NCBI GenBank assembly: GCA_017503105.1
Contig: JAFVTS010000009.1
Coordinates: 16,370-80,369 of the forward strand
DNA from: Clostridia bacterium
GTDB taxonomy: Bacteria > Bacillota > Clostridia > Oscillospirales > CAG-272
Direction: 5' to 3'
DNA length: 64,000 bases
Notes under the pieces: generated by a model
The model's input: the letters and a program-made list of their open reading frames with translations, nothing else
Told to the model about the DNA's origin: nothing
Database searches by the model: none
Translations under genes and position numbers: made by a program
Shown: piece after piece, positions 7,247 through 17,400 of the stretch
Numbering within the stretch: the stretch's first letter is position 1
Layout: each line of letters begins with the position of its first letter

Positions 7247-9928
7247 TTAGTTAGCAAATTCTACATCCCAGATTCTGTCAAGAGGCGTGGAATAGGGGTT
7301 GATCGTAGAAGGAAGAGAGGACGACTTGATGACCGTCGAATCGTAAGCGTAAAGAACGGAACGCTGATATACGGGAAGCTCTATCGCAAGCTCAAGAATG
7401 AGCTCAAGCGCCTGCTTATAGAGGGTCTTTCTGAGGTCCTGGTTGTTCGTTTCGCGAGCGTCGTCGATGATCTTTGAGAGCTCTGTAAGTATACCGTATT
7501 CCTCGGAGGAGGGATCTCTCTTTATAGCGTCGTAGCCCCAAGCCTTGGTGCTCGTCGCAGCGGAATCCTTGTGATATACCTGGTAAAGATCGGGGTCGAC
7601 CGTGGAGCCCCAAGCTGCTGCCCAGACGGAAAGCGCACCGGTCGAGAGCTTCTTGAGCGCGTTTGCGTCGGCGGTAACGGTTATATCCCAGCCCATAGAT
7701 TCAAGGATCTGCTCGGCAAGGAGGAAGGTCTGGTAGGTGGGGTGATCCTGTGCGTTTGAGCCCGCAATGGTGAAGGTCACTCTGAGCGAGGGATCTCCTG
7801 CGGAAACGCCTGCGGCATTCATATAAGTTCTGATGAGATCCTTGGCATACTCTTCGTCGAATTTAGCTATCGGATAATCGAAGTCGGTCTCACGGTCGGG
7901 GTTGCCGTTTGCATCCTTCGGGTAAGCCCAGCTTACCGTCGACATAGGATAAAAGATGGTCTGCGCGGTTCCTGCCGTGTAGTAGCCGAGCGAAAGGGCG
8001 GTGTTCATCGCGCACATAATAGCTTTGCGGAGATTGATGTCGGGTATCTTTTCAGCGCTTACGCCTATATAACCGTAACCGAGCTGAAGAGCGTTCATTC
8101 TCTTAACGCCTTCGCTGATAAGCGCGTCAAGCTCTTTTACGTTATTGTCCGTGTACTGAGGAGAGATGAAGTGAACGCTTCCGTCCTTGAGCATTCCAAC
8201 GGCGTTGCTTGCGCTTACTACCTGGTATCTGATCTTGTCGATCTTGGGAGTAGCGAAGAAGAAGCCCTTGTTTGCCTTGAAGTAAACTACGTTGTTCTTG
8301 AAGAACTCCGAGCCCTCGGGATTTGTGTTGTTATTGATATCGGTCGCCATATAAGCGCCGGCGCCCATAGGAACGCTGTTGTTTCTTACGGACTGAACGG
8401 TCTTTGACATAAAGTCCGCGTCAGACCAGCTGACTCCGAACTTGTTCTTCGCGATGTCGACGGGATATTTCTCGCTGTTTCCGTAGTAGTGCTGAGGCGC
8501 TACGGAGAAGGCGAAGTTCCAGATCGCCTTGGGGTCCTGCTTGTTTATGGTGATCTCGAGCACGTCGTACTCGTTAGCGTTTTTGGGAGAACCGTCAGCG
8601 TTGTGCTCTCTTGCTACGTTGTACGTTTTTCCGTTAACTCTGACCGTGGTCCTATCGGTGTTATGTCCGACGGAAACGATACCCTTGATGTTCGGGATAG
8701 TAAGCGAGCCGTCTTCGTTCTTGTTTGCTTCAAGAATGACGGACTTTGCCACAGCGAGATATTCGTTCATTATTTCGGCAGCGGTAGCGGAGCTCGTAAG
8801 AATATCTATAAAGTACGAAGAAACAAAGGTGTCAAAAATGTATTCGATAGCCTTTTCCTTGGTGTTTATAACGTTCTTGTCGTAGTTTCTGACGATGCTT
8901 TCAATTTTGGTAAGGTCGACCTTGCCGCCCTCGCCCTTTACGTACTTGATCTCGGGAATGCCGTAAGCGCACATAAAGCGGAAGATGGGGTCGGAGAAGT
9001 ACTCGTCCCACCAGCTCTTGTAGGGCTCGGTGTTGGGGTCGTACGCGCTTTGAGCGGTGTTGTAATCGCGCTCAAGCTCGGCGCGGAAGAGGGTGAGGAC
9101 CTTTTCGTAATCCTCAAGGAGCTTTGCGTTCGTAACGCTGTCGGGCTTTGAGCTTACAGCCTGCTTATAGCCGTAAGAAAGTCCCCAGCTGTTAAGTATC
9201 GCGTCCTTCATCTCTTCGACGGTTATATCGTACTGACCGTTTCCGTCGGGATCGGCGACTCTCTTGTAGACGTTTATAAGCTCCGCCAAGCGGTTGCTCG
9301 CGTAGGTGTACGCCGTTTCGTTTATCTGAGCGTCCTCGGAGGTGTCACCGTCGAGGTGCTTCTGAGCTCTGTACTCGGCAAGACCGACGATGTCGGTGGA
9401 GTACATCGTGGACGAGCCCGTGTAAACGGGGTCGAGGTAAACGTAAAGGTTGAAGAGCACGTCCTCGATGGTAAGAGCGTGTCCGTCGGAGAACTTGATT
9501 CCGTTTTTAAGAACGAAGGTATAGGTCGTCTTGTCGTCAAAATCGTCGTAAACAGCTTCAAAATCAAGCGTAACGACGGGCTCCTCGGGGCCGTAAGCGA
9601 GAACTACCTCGTCGTTCACGTAATTCATAGTGAGCATAGAGGTCTGCGTCATAGAAACGATGTTTCCGTCTGCCGCGGTGGTGGAGAAGAAGGGGTTGAA
9701 CAAGCCGTCAAGCTCCTCCGACATAATTACCAGAGCGTCGGGATTTTTAACGGTGCTGCCGCCGCCTCCCGTTCCCGTGCCTGTGCCCGAGCCCGAGCCC
9801 GGAGCTGTGGGTGCGGATGGGTTTTGGTTGCTTGCCGCACCGCCGTCACCTCCGCAGGACGCGAGCGGAAGCATCGCGCCAAAGCAGATGGAAAGACAGA
9901 GAAGCAAGGATAAGATCTTCTTTTTCAT
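7247..9928 (-). CDS. Family-5 (peptide/nickel) ABC substrate-binding lipoprotein, unusually large
   Basis: 893 aa. Signal peptide with lipobox LASC and a G/S/T-rich tether (GSGSGTGTGTGGGGS). SBP-5-like core (FNPFF..., KFSDGHALTIEDVLFN...). It sits directly upstream of the two permeases. Confidence 0.85.
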   Translation of the reverse strand: MKKKILSLLLCLSICFGAMLPLASCGGDGGAASNQNPSAPTAPGSGSGTGTGTGGGGSTVKNPDALVIMSEELDGLFNPFFSTTAADGNIVSMTQTSMLTMNYVNDEVVLAYGPEEPVVTLDFEAVYDDFDDKTTYTFVLKNGIKFSDGHALTIEDVLFNLYVYLDPVYTGSSTMYSTDIVGLAEYRAQKHLDGDTSEDAQINETAYTYASNRLAELINVYKRVADPDGNGQYDITVEEMKDAILNSWGLSYGYKQAVSSKPDSVTNAKLLEDYEKVLTLFRAELERDYNTAQSAYDPNTEPYKSWWDEYFSDPIFRFMCAYGIPEIKYVKGEGGKVDLTKIESIVRNYDKNVINTKEKAIEYIFDTFVSSYFIDILTSSATAAEIMNEYLAVAKSVILEANKNEDGSLTIPNIKGIVSVGHNTDRTTVRVNGKTYNVAREHNADGSPKNANEYDVLEITINKQDPKAIWNFAFSVAPQHYYGNSEKYPVDIAKNKFGVSWSDADFMSKTVQSVRNNSVPMGAGAYMATDINNNTNPEGSEFFKNNVVYFKANKGFFFATPKIDKIRYQVVSASNAVGMLKDGSVHFISPQYTDNNVKELDALISEGVKRMNALQLGYGYIGVSAEKIPDINLRKAIMCAMNTALSLGYYTAGTAQTIFYPMSTVSWAYPKDANGNPDRETDFDYPIAKFDEEYAKDLIRTYMNAAGVSAGDPSLRVTFTIAGSNAQDHPTYQTFLLAEQILESMGWDITVTADANALKKLSTGALSVWAAAWGSTVDPDLYQVYHKDSAATSTKAWGYDAIKRDPSSEEYGILTELSKIIDDARETNNQDLRKTLYKQALELILELAIELPVYQRSVLYAYDSTVIKSSSLPSTINPYSTPLDRIWDVEFAN

Positions 9929-9958
9929 TGTGGTTTCTCCCTGTTTTTATAAAAATTA

Positions 9959-11446
9959 TTATTTCTCGTTGAAAATTATCTGCCCGCTTACGGGATCTAT
10001 GGTGGCTTCAAGCCACTCGGGACAGTTTACGGTAACGCCCGACGCATCCAAGCCGTCGATGGGTCTTTCGGTTGCGACGAATACTTTGGTCTCGCCGCTT
10101 ATCAGCTTCATTGCCTGCTCTTCGGTAACGTCAACGTCAAGCGTGCAGTTTACGAACCTGACGTTTTCTATCACCGCGCCGTCGGCAACGTCGTCCGCGA
10201 GCATAGCGAAGCTGTCGGTGCCGCTATACTTTACGTGCGCGCCCTCTACGGTGAGATTTTTAACGGTGGCACTGCCCGAAAGCTTGCCAAAGATACTGCC
10301 CGTGAGCAGGTCGCTCTCGGGGAGCTTTATGCTGTATCCGTTTCCGTCTATGTAGAAGTCAAAGCCTTCAAAGCTTGAAATATCGAAGCCCGCCGAGGCA
10401 AAGCTTGCGGGATCGTCAAATAGCCATCCTCGCTTTGACTCGGAAAAATCGAGGTCGTCTATCAGCTTGATCTTTACGTCCTCAAACCCCGCGGTTTTGT
10501 TAAATATGTTTTTGCAAAGCGCGGAAAGCTTGTCGGGGCTGCTGATAAGGAACCAATTTCCTTTTTCTATCTTTGTGTATATTTTTACGGGATCTTTGTG
10601 GAAATCGAGTTCGGGACGCTCTTCGTAATACGCTTCTCCGTCAAACACGTTGGCGGTGTCAAACGAGGTGAGAGGTATTTTCGAGTCTTCCGTGCACTCG
10701 GGCGAGAGATAAAGTCCCATCAGGGTATATCCGCTCGGGAATTGATCGGAGCCCCTGGGGTCGAAGTCGCCGTAGAAGTCCCAGTTACCCCAACCGCCAA
10801 AGCGGTTTGAGATCTCGCTTGAGATGCTCGGCAGCTCGGGCGTAAGCCCCTTGTAAATGAGCTTTTCCGTCACACCTTCCTTGTTTTTCTTCGTGAAGTT
10901 TATCCAATTTCCGTTTTCGTCCTCAACGTAAAACTCAAAGGTGTAATGAGGCTCCCATTTCGCGCAAAGCGTTATTGCGGGCACATCGCGCGAGTAGGTC
11001 TTGCTCTTGTCAAGCTTGAAGCGCTGCTCTTCAAAGTCCCACGCCTCTTGCGAGGTGAATTTCGGCTCCTTGCCCGAGACGGAAACGGGGTTGCCGTCTT
11101 CGTCCACGACCTCGCCCTTGTCGTTCACCTCGGCAGGGAACCAGCCGACGAATTTATACGACGACATCGAAAGCTGTACGTCGTATCTGAGCTCCGCAGG
11201 TTGCCTTATCGGCGAATCGGGCGGAAAGAGCTTGATGGAGTCCTGTGAGCTGTGGTACACGTCTACGACGGAAATGTACGTTCCGTTGCAGGCGAAGTCA
11301 CCGCCGTTCGCATCGTATCTGACGCAAACGGTGTAGCCGTCCTCGGCAAGCTCCCCGTAGGGGGAGCTGTCACCGCAGGCGGTGAGGAGAAGCAGGGTGG
11401 CGAGCATTAAAGCCGCTCCTGTGAGGATCAGAATTTTCTTTTTCAT
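9959..11446 (-). CDS. Lipoprotein of unknown function (possible Listeria/Bacteroides-type repeat N-domain and beta-helix-like C-domain)
   Basis: 495 aa. Lipobox LLTAC. VRYDANGGDF...YKFVGWF resembles the Flg_new/Listeria-Bacteroides repeat. The C-terminal third has short periodic G/N-rich strands (LTGSIFGKLSGSATVKNLTVEGAHV). Gaps to both neighbours are 26 and 30 nt. Confidence 0.55.
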   Translation of the reverse strand: MKKKILILTGAALMLATLLLLTACGDSSPYGELAEDGYTVCVRYDANGGDFACNGTYISVVDVYHSSQDSIKLFPPDSPIRQPAELRYDVQLSMSSYKFVGWFPAEVNDKGEVVDEDGNPVSVSGKEPKFTSQEAWDFEEQRFKLDKSKTYSRDVPAITLCAKWEPHYTFEFYVEDENGNWINFTKKNKEGVTEKLIYKGLTPELPSISSEISNRFGGWGNWDFYGDFDPRGSDQFPSGYTLMGLYLSPECTEDSKIPLTSFDTANVFDGEAYYEERPELDFHKDPVKIYTKIEKGNWFLISSPDKLSALCKNIFNKTAGFEDVKIKLIDDLDFSESKRGWLFDDPASFASAGFDISSFEGFDFYIDGNGYSIKLPESDLLTGSIFGKLSGSATVKNLTVEGAHVKYSGTDSFAMLADDVADGAVIENVRFVNCTLDVDVTEEQAMKLISGETKVFVATERPIDGLDASGVTVNCPEWLEATIDPVSGQIIFNEK

Positions 11447-11472
11447 ATTTTGGTATTCCTATCTCCTCTTGA

Positions 11473-14400
11473 TTATTTTCTGTAGCTGTTCTTTCTGCTG
11501 ACGGTGATCACCGCGGCGGAGATCACTACCGCGCCGAGAGTAAGAACTACTATAACGATGATCACTATGGCAAGCGTGGAAATGCCGTCGTTTTCACCCG
11601 CGTTGGTGTCATCGGCGGGCTTGGTGCTCGTGCTCGGCTGAGAGGGAACTTGAGTCGGGGGAGTGACGGGAGTGTCGGGCTCGTCGGGGGTGACGGGCTC
11701 ATCGGGAGTGATGGGCTCATCGGGGGTGACGGGCTCGTCGGGCTTTTCAAGCACGGCTATCCTTTTCTCAGCTTTTTCAAGTATGCTGAGGTACTCGGTG
11801 GCGTATGCTATCTGATCGACGCCGACTATCTTGTCGTAAGCCGCTCTTGCCGCCTCTATGACGGATTTATCGTCAAGGGTAACACGCTCGGGGATCTTGT
11901 TGATCGCTTCTATCGCTTCAAGCGTTACGTCGCTTGCCGCGAGAGCTCCGTCTATGACGAGATCGAAGTACTGACCGAAGATGAAGGTGTCGTAGTTCTT
12001 TCCGTTTATGGGTCTTATCATAGTGAGCTTGTTTTCAATATGACCGATGTAATCCTTGAAATTCGCTCCGAAGAAGAAGTTCGATGCGAAGAGGGAAAGG
12101 TGACGGTAGTCGCGGATTCCGAGACCGAAGACCTCGTTCGCGCTGTAATCGAAGTAGAAGGGAATGTTCTCCCACGTCACGTAATCGGGATCGAATTCCT
12201 CTTCAAGGATCGGAGCTATATAGCTCTTGAAGATGACTGTCGCGAGAGCGTCACAGTCAAAGAACGCCTTGTGTCCGATAGCCTTGAGGCTTGCGGGAAG
12301 GACGACGTTGCGAAGCTTGTCGGCGCCTCTGAATGCGCCGGCAGCTATTCTTACCGTTCCGTCGGCAACTATGACCGTGCTGTCGGAGCCGAAATACGAC
12401 ACGAGCTCAAGTCCGCGAGGAACGACGCGGTAGATGGAGCCGTCGATTATTCTTACGTTTTCACCAAGCTCAAAGGTGTATACCGTGACCTTGCTTACCG
12501 TCGAGCCGAGGGTCACATCCTCTTCCTTCGAGAGGGGAGCTATAACGCAGTACGTGAAGGGGTTATCGCCAAGCTCCTTTAAGCTCGTTCCGAGGATCAG
12601 GGTGAATTCGGTCGGCTGATTCTTGATGAACGCGTAGCTTCCCACGTATTCCGCACTCGTAAGATCGGCGCTCGTAAGAGCGGTGTAGGCAAATGCGGTA
12701 TCGCCGATATAACGCGCCGAGCCGAGTCTTGAAGTGCTTGCAAGCTTCGTGCAGTATGCAAACGCACCGTTGCCTATTCTTTCAATAGCCGTGCCGAAGG
12801 TGACGCTCTTAAGTTCTCCGCAGAATGCAAAAGCGTCTTCGCCGACGGTCTTTACGAAGTAAAGGCTGAGGTTTGTTACGGCGGTGTTGTAGAATGCGTA
12901 ATTTCCGATCTCGGTAACTGAGCCGAAGCTTATACTGTTCAGTTTCTCACAGTACGCGAAAGCACCGTCGGAGATCTTATCGGTCTTCGAGCCGAACGTA
13001 ACGCTCGTAAGTCCGCCGCCCTCGCCTCTGTCAAGCTCGCCAACGTAGCCGCAGTACGTAAATGCCTCGGCACCGACGTGCTTGGCTGAGGAGAGATTAA
13101 CGGACGTGAAGTTCGGCGTATAGAAGATGTAAAGGTAATCGGTTCCCGCGCTGTTGACGGCGTTGCCTGTAAGGTTGCCGTTCAGGTCGTGTCCCGTGTA
13201 GTAGGTGTCGTAAGCTCCCGTAAACGCCCAATTGCCGATATAGACGGCACCCGAGAGGTCGATGGAGCTTAATTTGTCCGCGTGATAGAATGCGAAATCT
13301 CCGATCCACGCGCCGTTTCCGAGGGTGACCTGCTCAAGCATCGAAGCGCCGTAGAAGGCACCTTCAAGGAGCGTCGCGTTTTCTCCTATATAAAGGAAGG
13401 TGATGGGAGATTTGTAGGTGTAGTAATAATAAGTCTTGCCGTCCTTGGTGATACTTGCTTCTTCTCTGTTGTCAGGATCGAAGATGTCGGTATAGAATGC
13501 GTATTTTCCAACGGTGACGCCAATTCCTATCTGAATAGACGTAAGGTTTTTACAGTAAGCAAACGCATAGTCGCCGACGGTAACGTCGTTGGGAATGAGC
13601 ACCGTGCTTATCTGTGTGCCCGCAAAGGCGTAATCGCCGATGCGCTTGTTATCAAGAACGAAGAAGGGAAGCGTGTCAAGCTTCGTGTTCGTGAACGCGT
13701 AGTCGCCGATCTCGTAAAGAGTGCGGTTGAGCTTGATTTCACTAAGGGACGTGCATCCGTCAAAGGCGTAGCTGCCGACCCTCTTCACGCTCGGAATGTT
13801 GACGCTTCTGAGCGTGGTGTTGCCCATAAACGCGCCGTTACCTATTCTCGTTATCTTCTTGTTCGCGGAGAGGTCGAGCTCCTCTACGGTGGGAGAAACG
13901 AGCAGAAGCTCGGTCTCGTCAGCCGAGAGCACGTAGGGAACGCTCGTGGCGGGTGCGAAGGCGGTGTTGCCGTTTTCAACGCTGAAGGTCGAGATATTCG
14001 TTCCCGTAAACGCGTGGGCTCCGATGAGCTCAACGTCCTTGCCTATAACGACGTTCGCAAGCTTCGAGCAGCCGTAGAACGCGCCCTCGGGAATAACGGC
14101 GGCGTTTATTCTCGTAGATGTGAGATTTTTACAGTTCGCGAATGCGTATTCGCCGAGCTTGACCTTGCTCGCTCCGATATAAATATCCTTGAGGCTCTCG
14201 TTGCCCGAGAATGCGAATGCGGCGATAGACTGCGTGTCAGGACCGAAGGTTACCTTGGTCAGAAGCTGCTTTTCGCAGGCGATGACGGAATTCTTGTATT
14301 CCTCGGATTCGGGATCCGTGCCTCTTACGAATTTCGCAAACGCGCGGTCCGAGATAGCAACGGCGTTTTTAAGATTAAGCTCGCCCGAAAGACTGCAGTT

Positions 14401-17400
14401 CGCAAACGCCTCTTGGTTTATGAACTTGACGTTTTCTATTCCCTCTACGGTGGTAAGGTTGATACAGCCGTAGAACGCACCGTTGCTGATGCTCTTGAGG
14501 GTGGAGGGAAGGGTGACCTTTTTAAGGGCGGTGAGATTAGCAAACGCGTACATTCCTATTCTCTCGACACCCTCGGGTATCACTATCTCCTCGATAGTAT
14601 CGTCACCGATGTACCAGATCTTTGATGCCTCGGGCATCTCCTCGGATATTTCATCCTCGGGACCCTTCGGGACGTAATCGTAATTTGAGAAGGCAAACTG
14701 ACCGATCTCCACGAGGCAAAGCTCGTCGGGGATCACGACTTTTCCGCCGTTTCCGTAATAATTCATAAGCAAAGGACCGTTTGAAACGTAAGGATCCTTG
14801 ACCTCTATGGAAACGTTCTTTGAGTAGTACGTGCTCTTGCCGTCCATAACTATTCTGACCGTGACGGATGCAAAGCCCTCGGCGATCGCCGTTATTTTGC
14901 CGTTTTGATCAATGGAAACGATGTCCTCGTTACTTGATTCGAAGACTACCGACGTCGTGTCGGGGAAGTAGGGAAGGTAGCTCCACTGAAGCGTTACCGA
15001 CTCGGAGGGATACATCGAGAGGGAAAGGTTCGTGCCGACGAACTTCCTCTGATCGCCCGTCTTTCCTATATCTCTGTCCTCTGTGTCAAGGAAGTAATAA
15101 GCCTTATTGGTAAGATAACCCGAAAGGACGAAATCCTTTACGACGGGCTTGTCGTACTTCCTGTATCCGTCGTCGCCCTCGCCGAGGATGAGCACGGGTA
15201 TCTCGGCGCGTTTCTTGTTGTCGGCGGTGGTCGCTCTTACGTTAGCGACGCCCTTGCCTACGGCGAGAATCTCACGCCCGACTATTTTTGCAACGGATGC
15301 CTTGGAGGAGCTGTAATTCAAGAGCTCGCTCCATTCTGTCGTGGGGTAGACCTTCGGTTCGAGCTTATACGTCTGATTCGGGCTCAGAACGAGCATCTTC
15401 GTCGGTGAGAGGTTCTCCGATTTTTGAGAGCATCTCACGTAAAGCGTACGCGACGAGCCGTTTTTGAGCCGTAGCGTCAGCGTTGCGACGCGCTCGTCCT
15501 TGACGCCGTCGGTCTTAAGAGTTACCGTAAAGCCGTTTTCGGAGTCGCCCGTTATTTCAAACACGTCGGACGAGCCCGAGATGCTTGCTACGGTTCCTGC
15601 CGTAAGGTCATCGTAAATGTCGGAAACGGCGTAAGACGAGCCGAGCTTCAGCTGCACGACGTCCTTGCAGTCTGCCGTTTCAAAATAAAGATCGGTGTAC
15701 TCTGCGGGAAGCGCGATCTCATACATCGAGGTGTTGAGCGCGTAGTCGTAAAGCGCGATGGCAAAGGTGTTTTTGTTGGTCGCGCCGCTCTTTATCTCGT
15801 CGATGTGATCCGTGAGCTCGTAAATGAGATACGAGGTAGAATTGTAATCGGAATAGATCTGATTGAAGTACTGATCGAAGTTGAAGAAGGTTGCTTGTGC
15901 GTTTCCTGCGCCATCGGTGCCCATACCCGCGTAACCGAGGCAAGCCGCCATCGAGTAATGGTTGTCGTATATCGCGATCTTGGCGTAAAGGCGGTTCTTC
16001 TTTGCAGACCTGTCGTATTCCGTGTAGAACTCGCATCCCGAAACTATCGGGGCGGAGAAGTCCGTTACGAGCGGGAAGGAAAAGGTGTTGTTGAGGTTCG
16101 TTTCCTCGCCGCCGTCACCGTAATCGAGATAGCCTTTAAGTGTTACCGTGTAGGACGTGTTGTTTTTCAGGTTGTGCTCTACGGCGCTGAAATCAATATC
16201 TATGTTAGCGGGATAGATCGACATACCGCCGTCGCTGTAAGATTTTCTTACGTAATCGTCGGTGGTCTTGTACACGACGAGTCCCGTCGAATCCTCAGTT
16301 ATCGTTATATCGATCTTTTTAGCGCCACGTAAAAGACCCGCCCAGACGAATCTCAAGGAGTTTATAGCATCCTCTTGATTTGAAAGGGAGACGTATTTTC
16401 TGTCAGCGGCGATCTTTTTAGAGCCGGGCTCCTGCTCGTAGTAGTACGAGCCGAGATATCCGACGTAGTCGCCCGAGATCCCACCGATGGGTCTTGTTGC
16501 GTAAGCGTCGGGAAGAGTCTTATCCACAGGGTCAAGGGCGTCGTTGAGCTCGTCTTTGTTCGTCTGATAATAATCAATATCAAAGAGCGGAGCCTTCGTC
16601 CAATCGCCGTAGAATGCAAGGTAGGGGACGGAGAGGTCGACAGTTTCCTCGTCCTTCGCGTCAAGGGTGACGAAGCCCTCAACGTACATACCGTTCTTGA
16701 ACGATTCGTCAAGATACTTCTTGTTCTCGTCGGTAAGCGTTATTTTAATGCTTACCGTTGCGCACTCGCCCGCCGCTACCGTCAGGGTGTTTCCGTTAAG
16801 CGAGCCGCCGCCGAGCGAGGTGATAACGATTCCCGCGCCCTCAAGGAGATAGCCCTCTTGCGACACCGTCGTTTCGCCCCTGTCGGTCTTTGTCGTGCTG
16901 ACACCTTCCGTCATAATATAGGTGGAGACGTCGTAGCTCAAAGCCTTGTCGCCGAAATTGTCGACGGAGAATTTGAGAGTGTATACACCCGTTTTTGACG
17001 GGTCGTCACCAAGCTCGATCTTGCTCTTATCCATAACGGAGCCGTCAAGCCTGTCGTAAGTAAGTATGTACGCGCCCGTGTTTGCCGCGTTTTTAAGGTT
17101 GGTAAGTCCCGCGCCTTGCTTTCTCGGAGAGTACGCAAGACCGTTCTTGCTGTAAAGCACGTCAGCGGTAGACATAAGAAGTCTGTTGATCCTTGCGGTA
17201 AGCTCCGTCGGATCGTCCGCAAGCTCGGGGCTTCTGTTTATAAGATACTGACGAAGAAGTGCAACGAGTCCCGAAACGTTCGGCGTTGCCATCGACGTTC
17301 CCGAAATTCTGTCGTAATCCTGACCGGGAACGGAGGAGAGTATAGAGCCTCCGTGCGCCGTTACCTCGGGCTTGAGCTCAAGGCTCGGAGACGGACCCCA

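Noticed and set aside
13282-14625. 447-aa plus-strand ORF (and the neighbouring ORFs 11650-12582, 15805-16332 and 18040-18855)
   Set aside because: All lie antisense inside the 2553-aa protease/LRR gene. Their repetitive Val/Arg/Gly-rich translations mirror the LRR repeats. They have no independent start signals.
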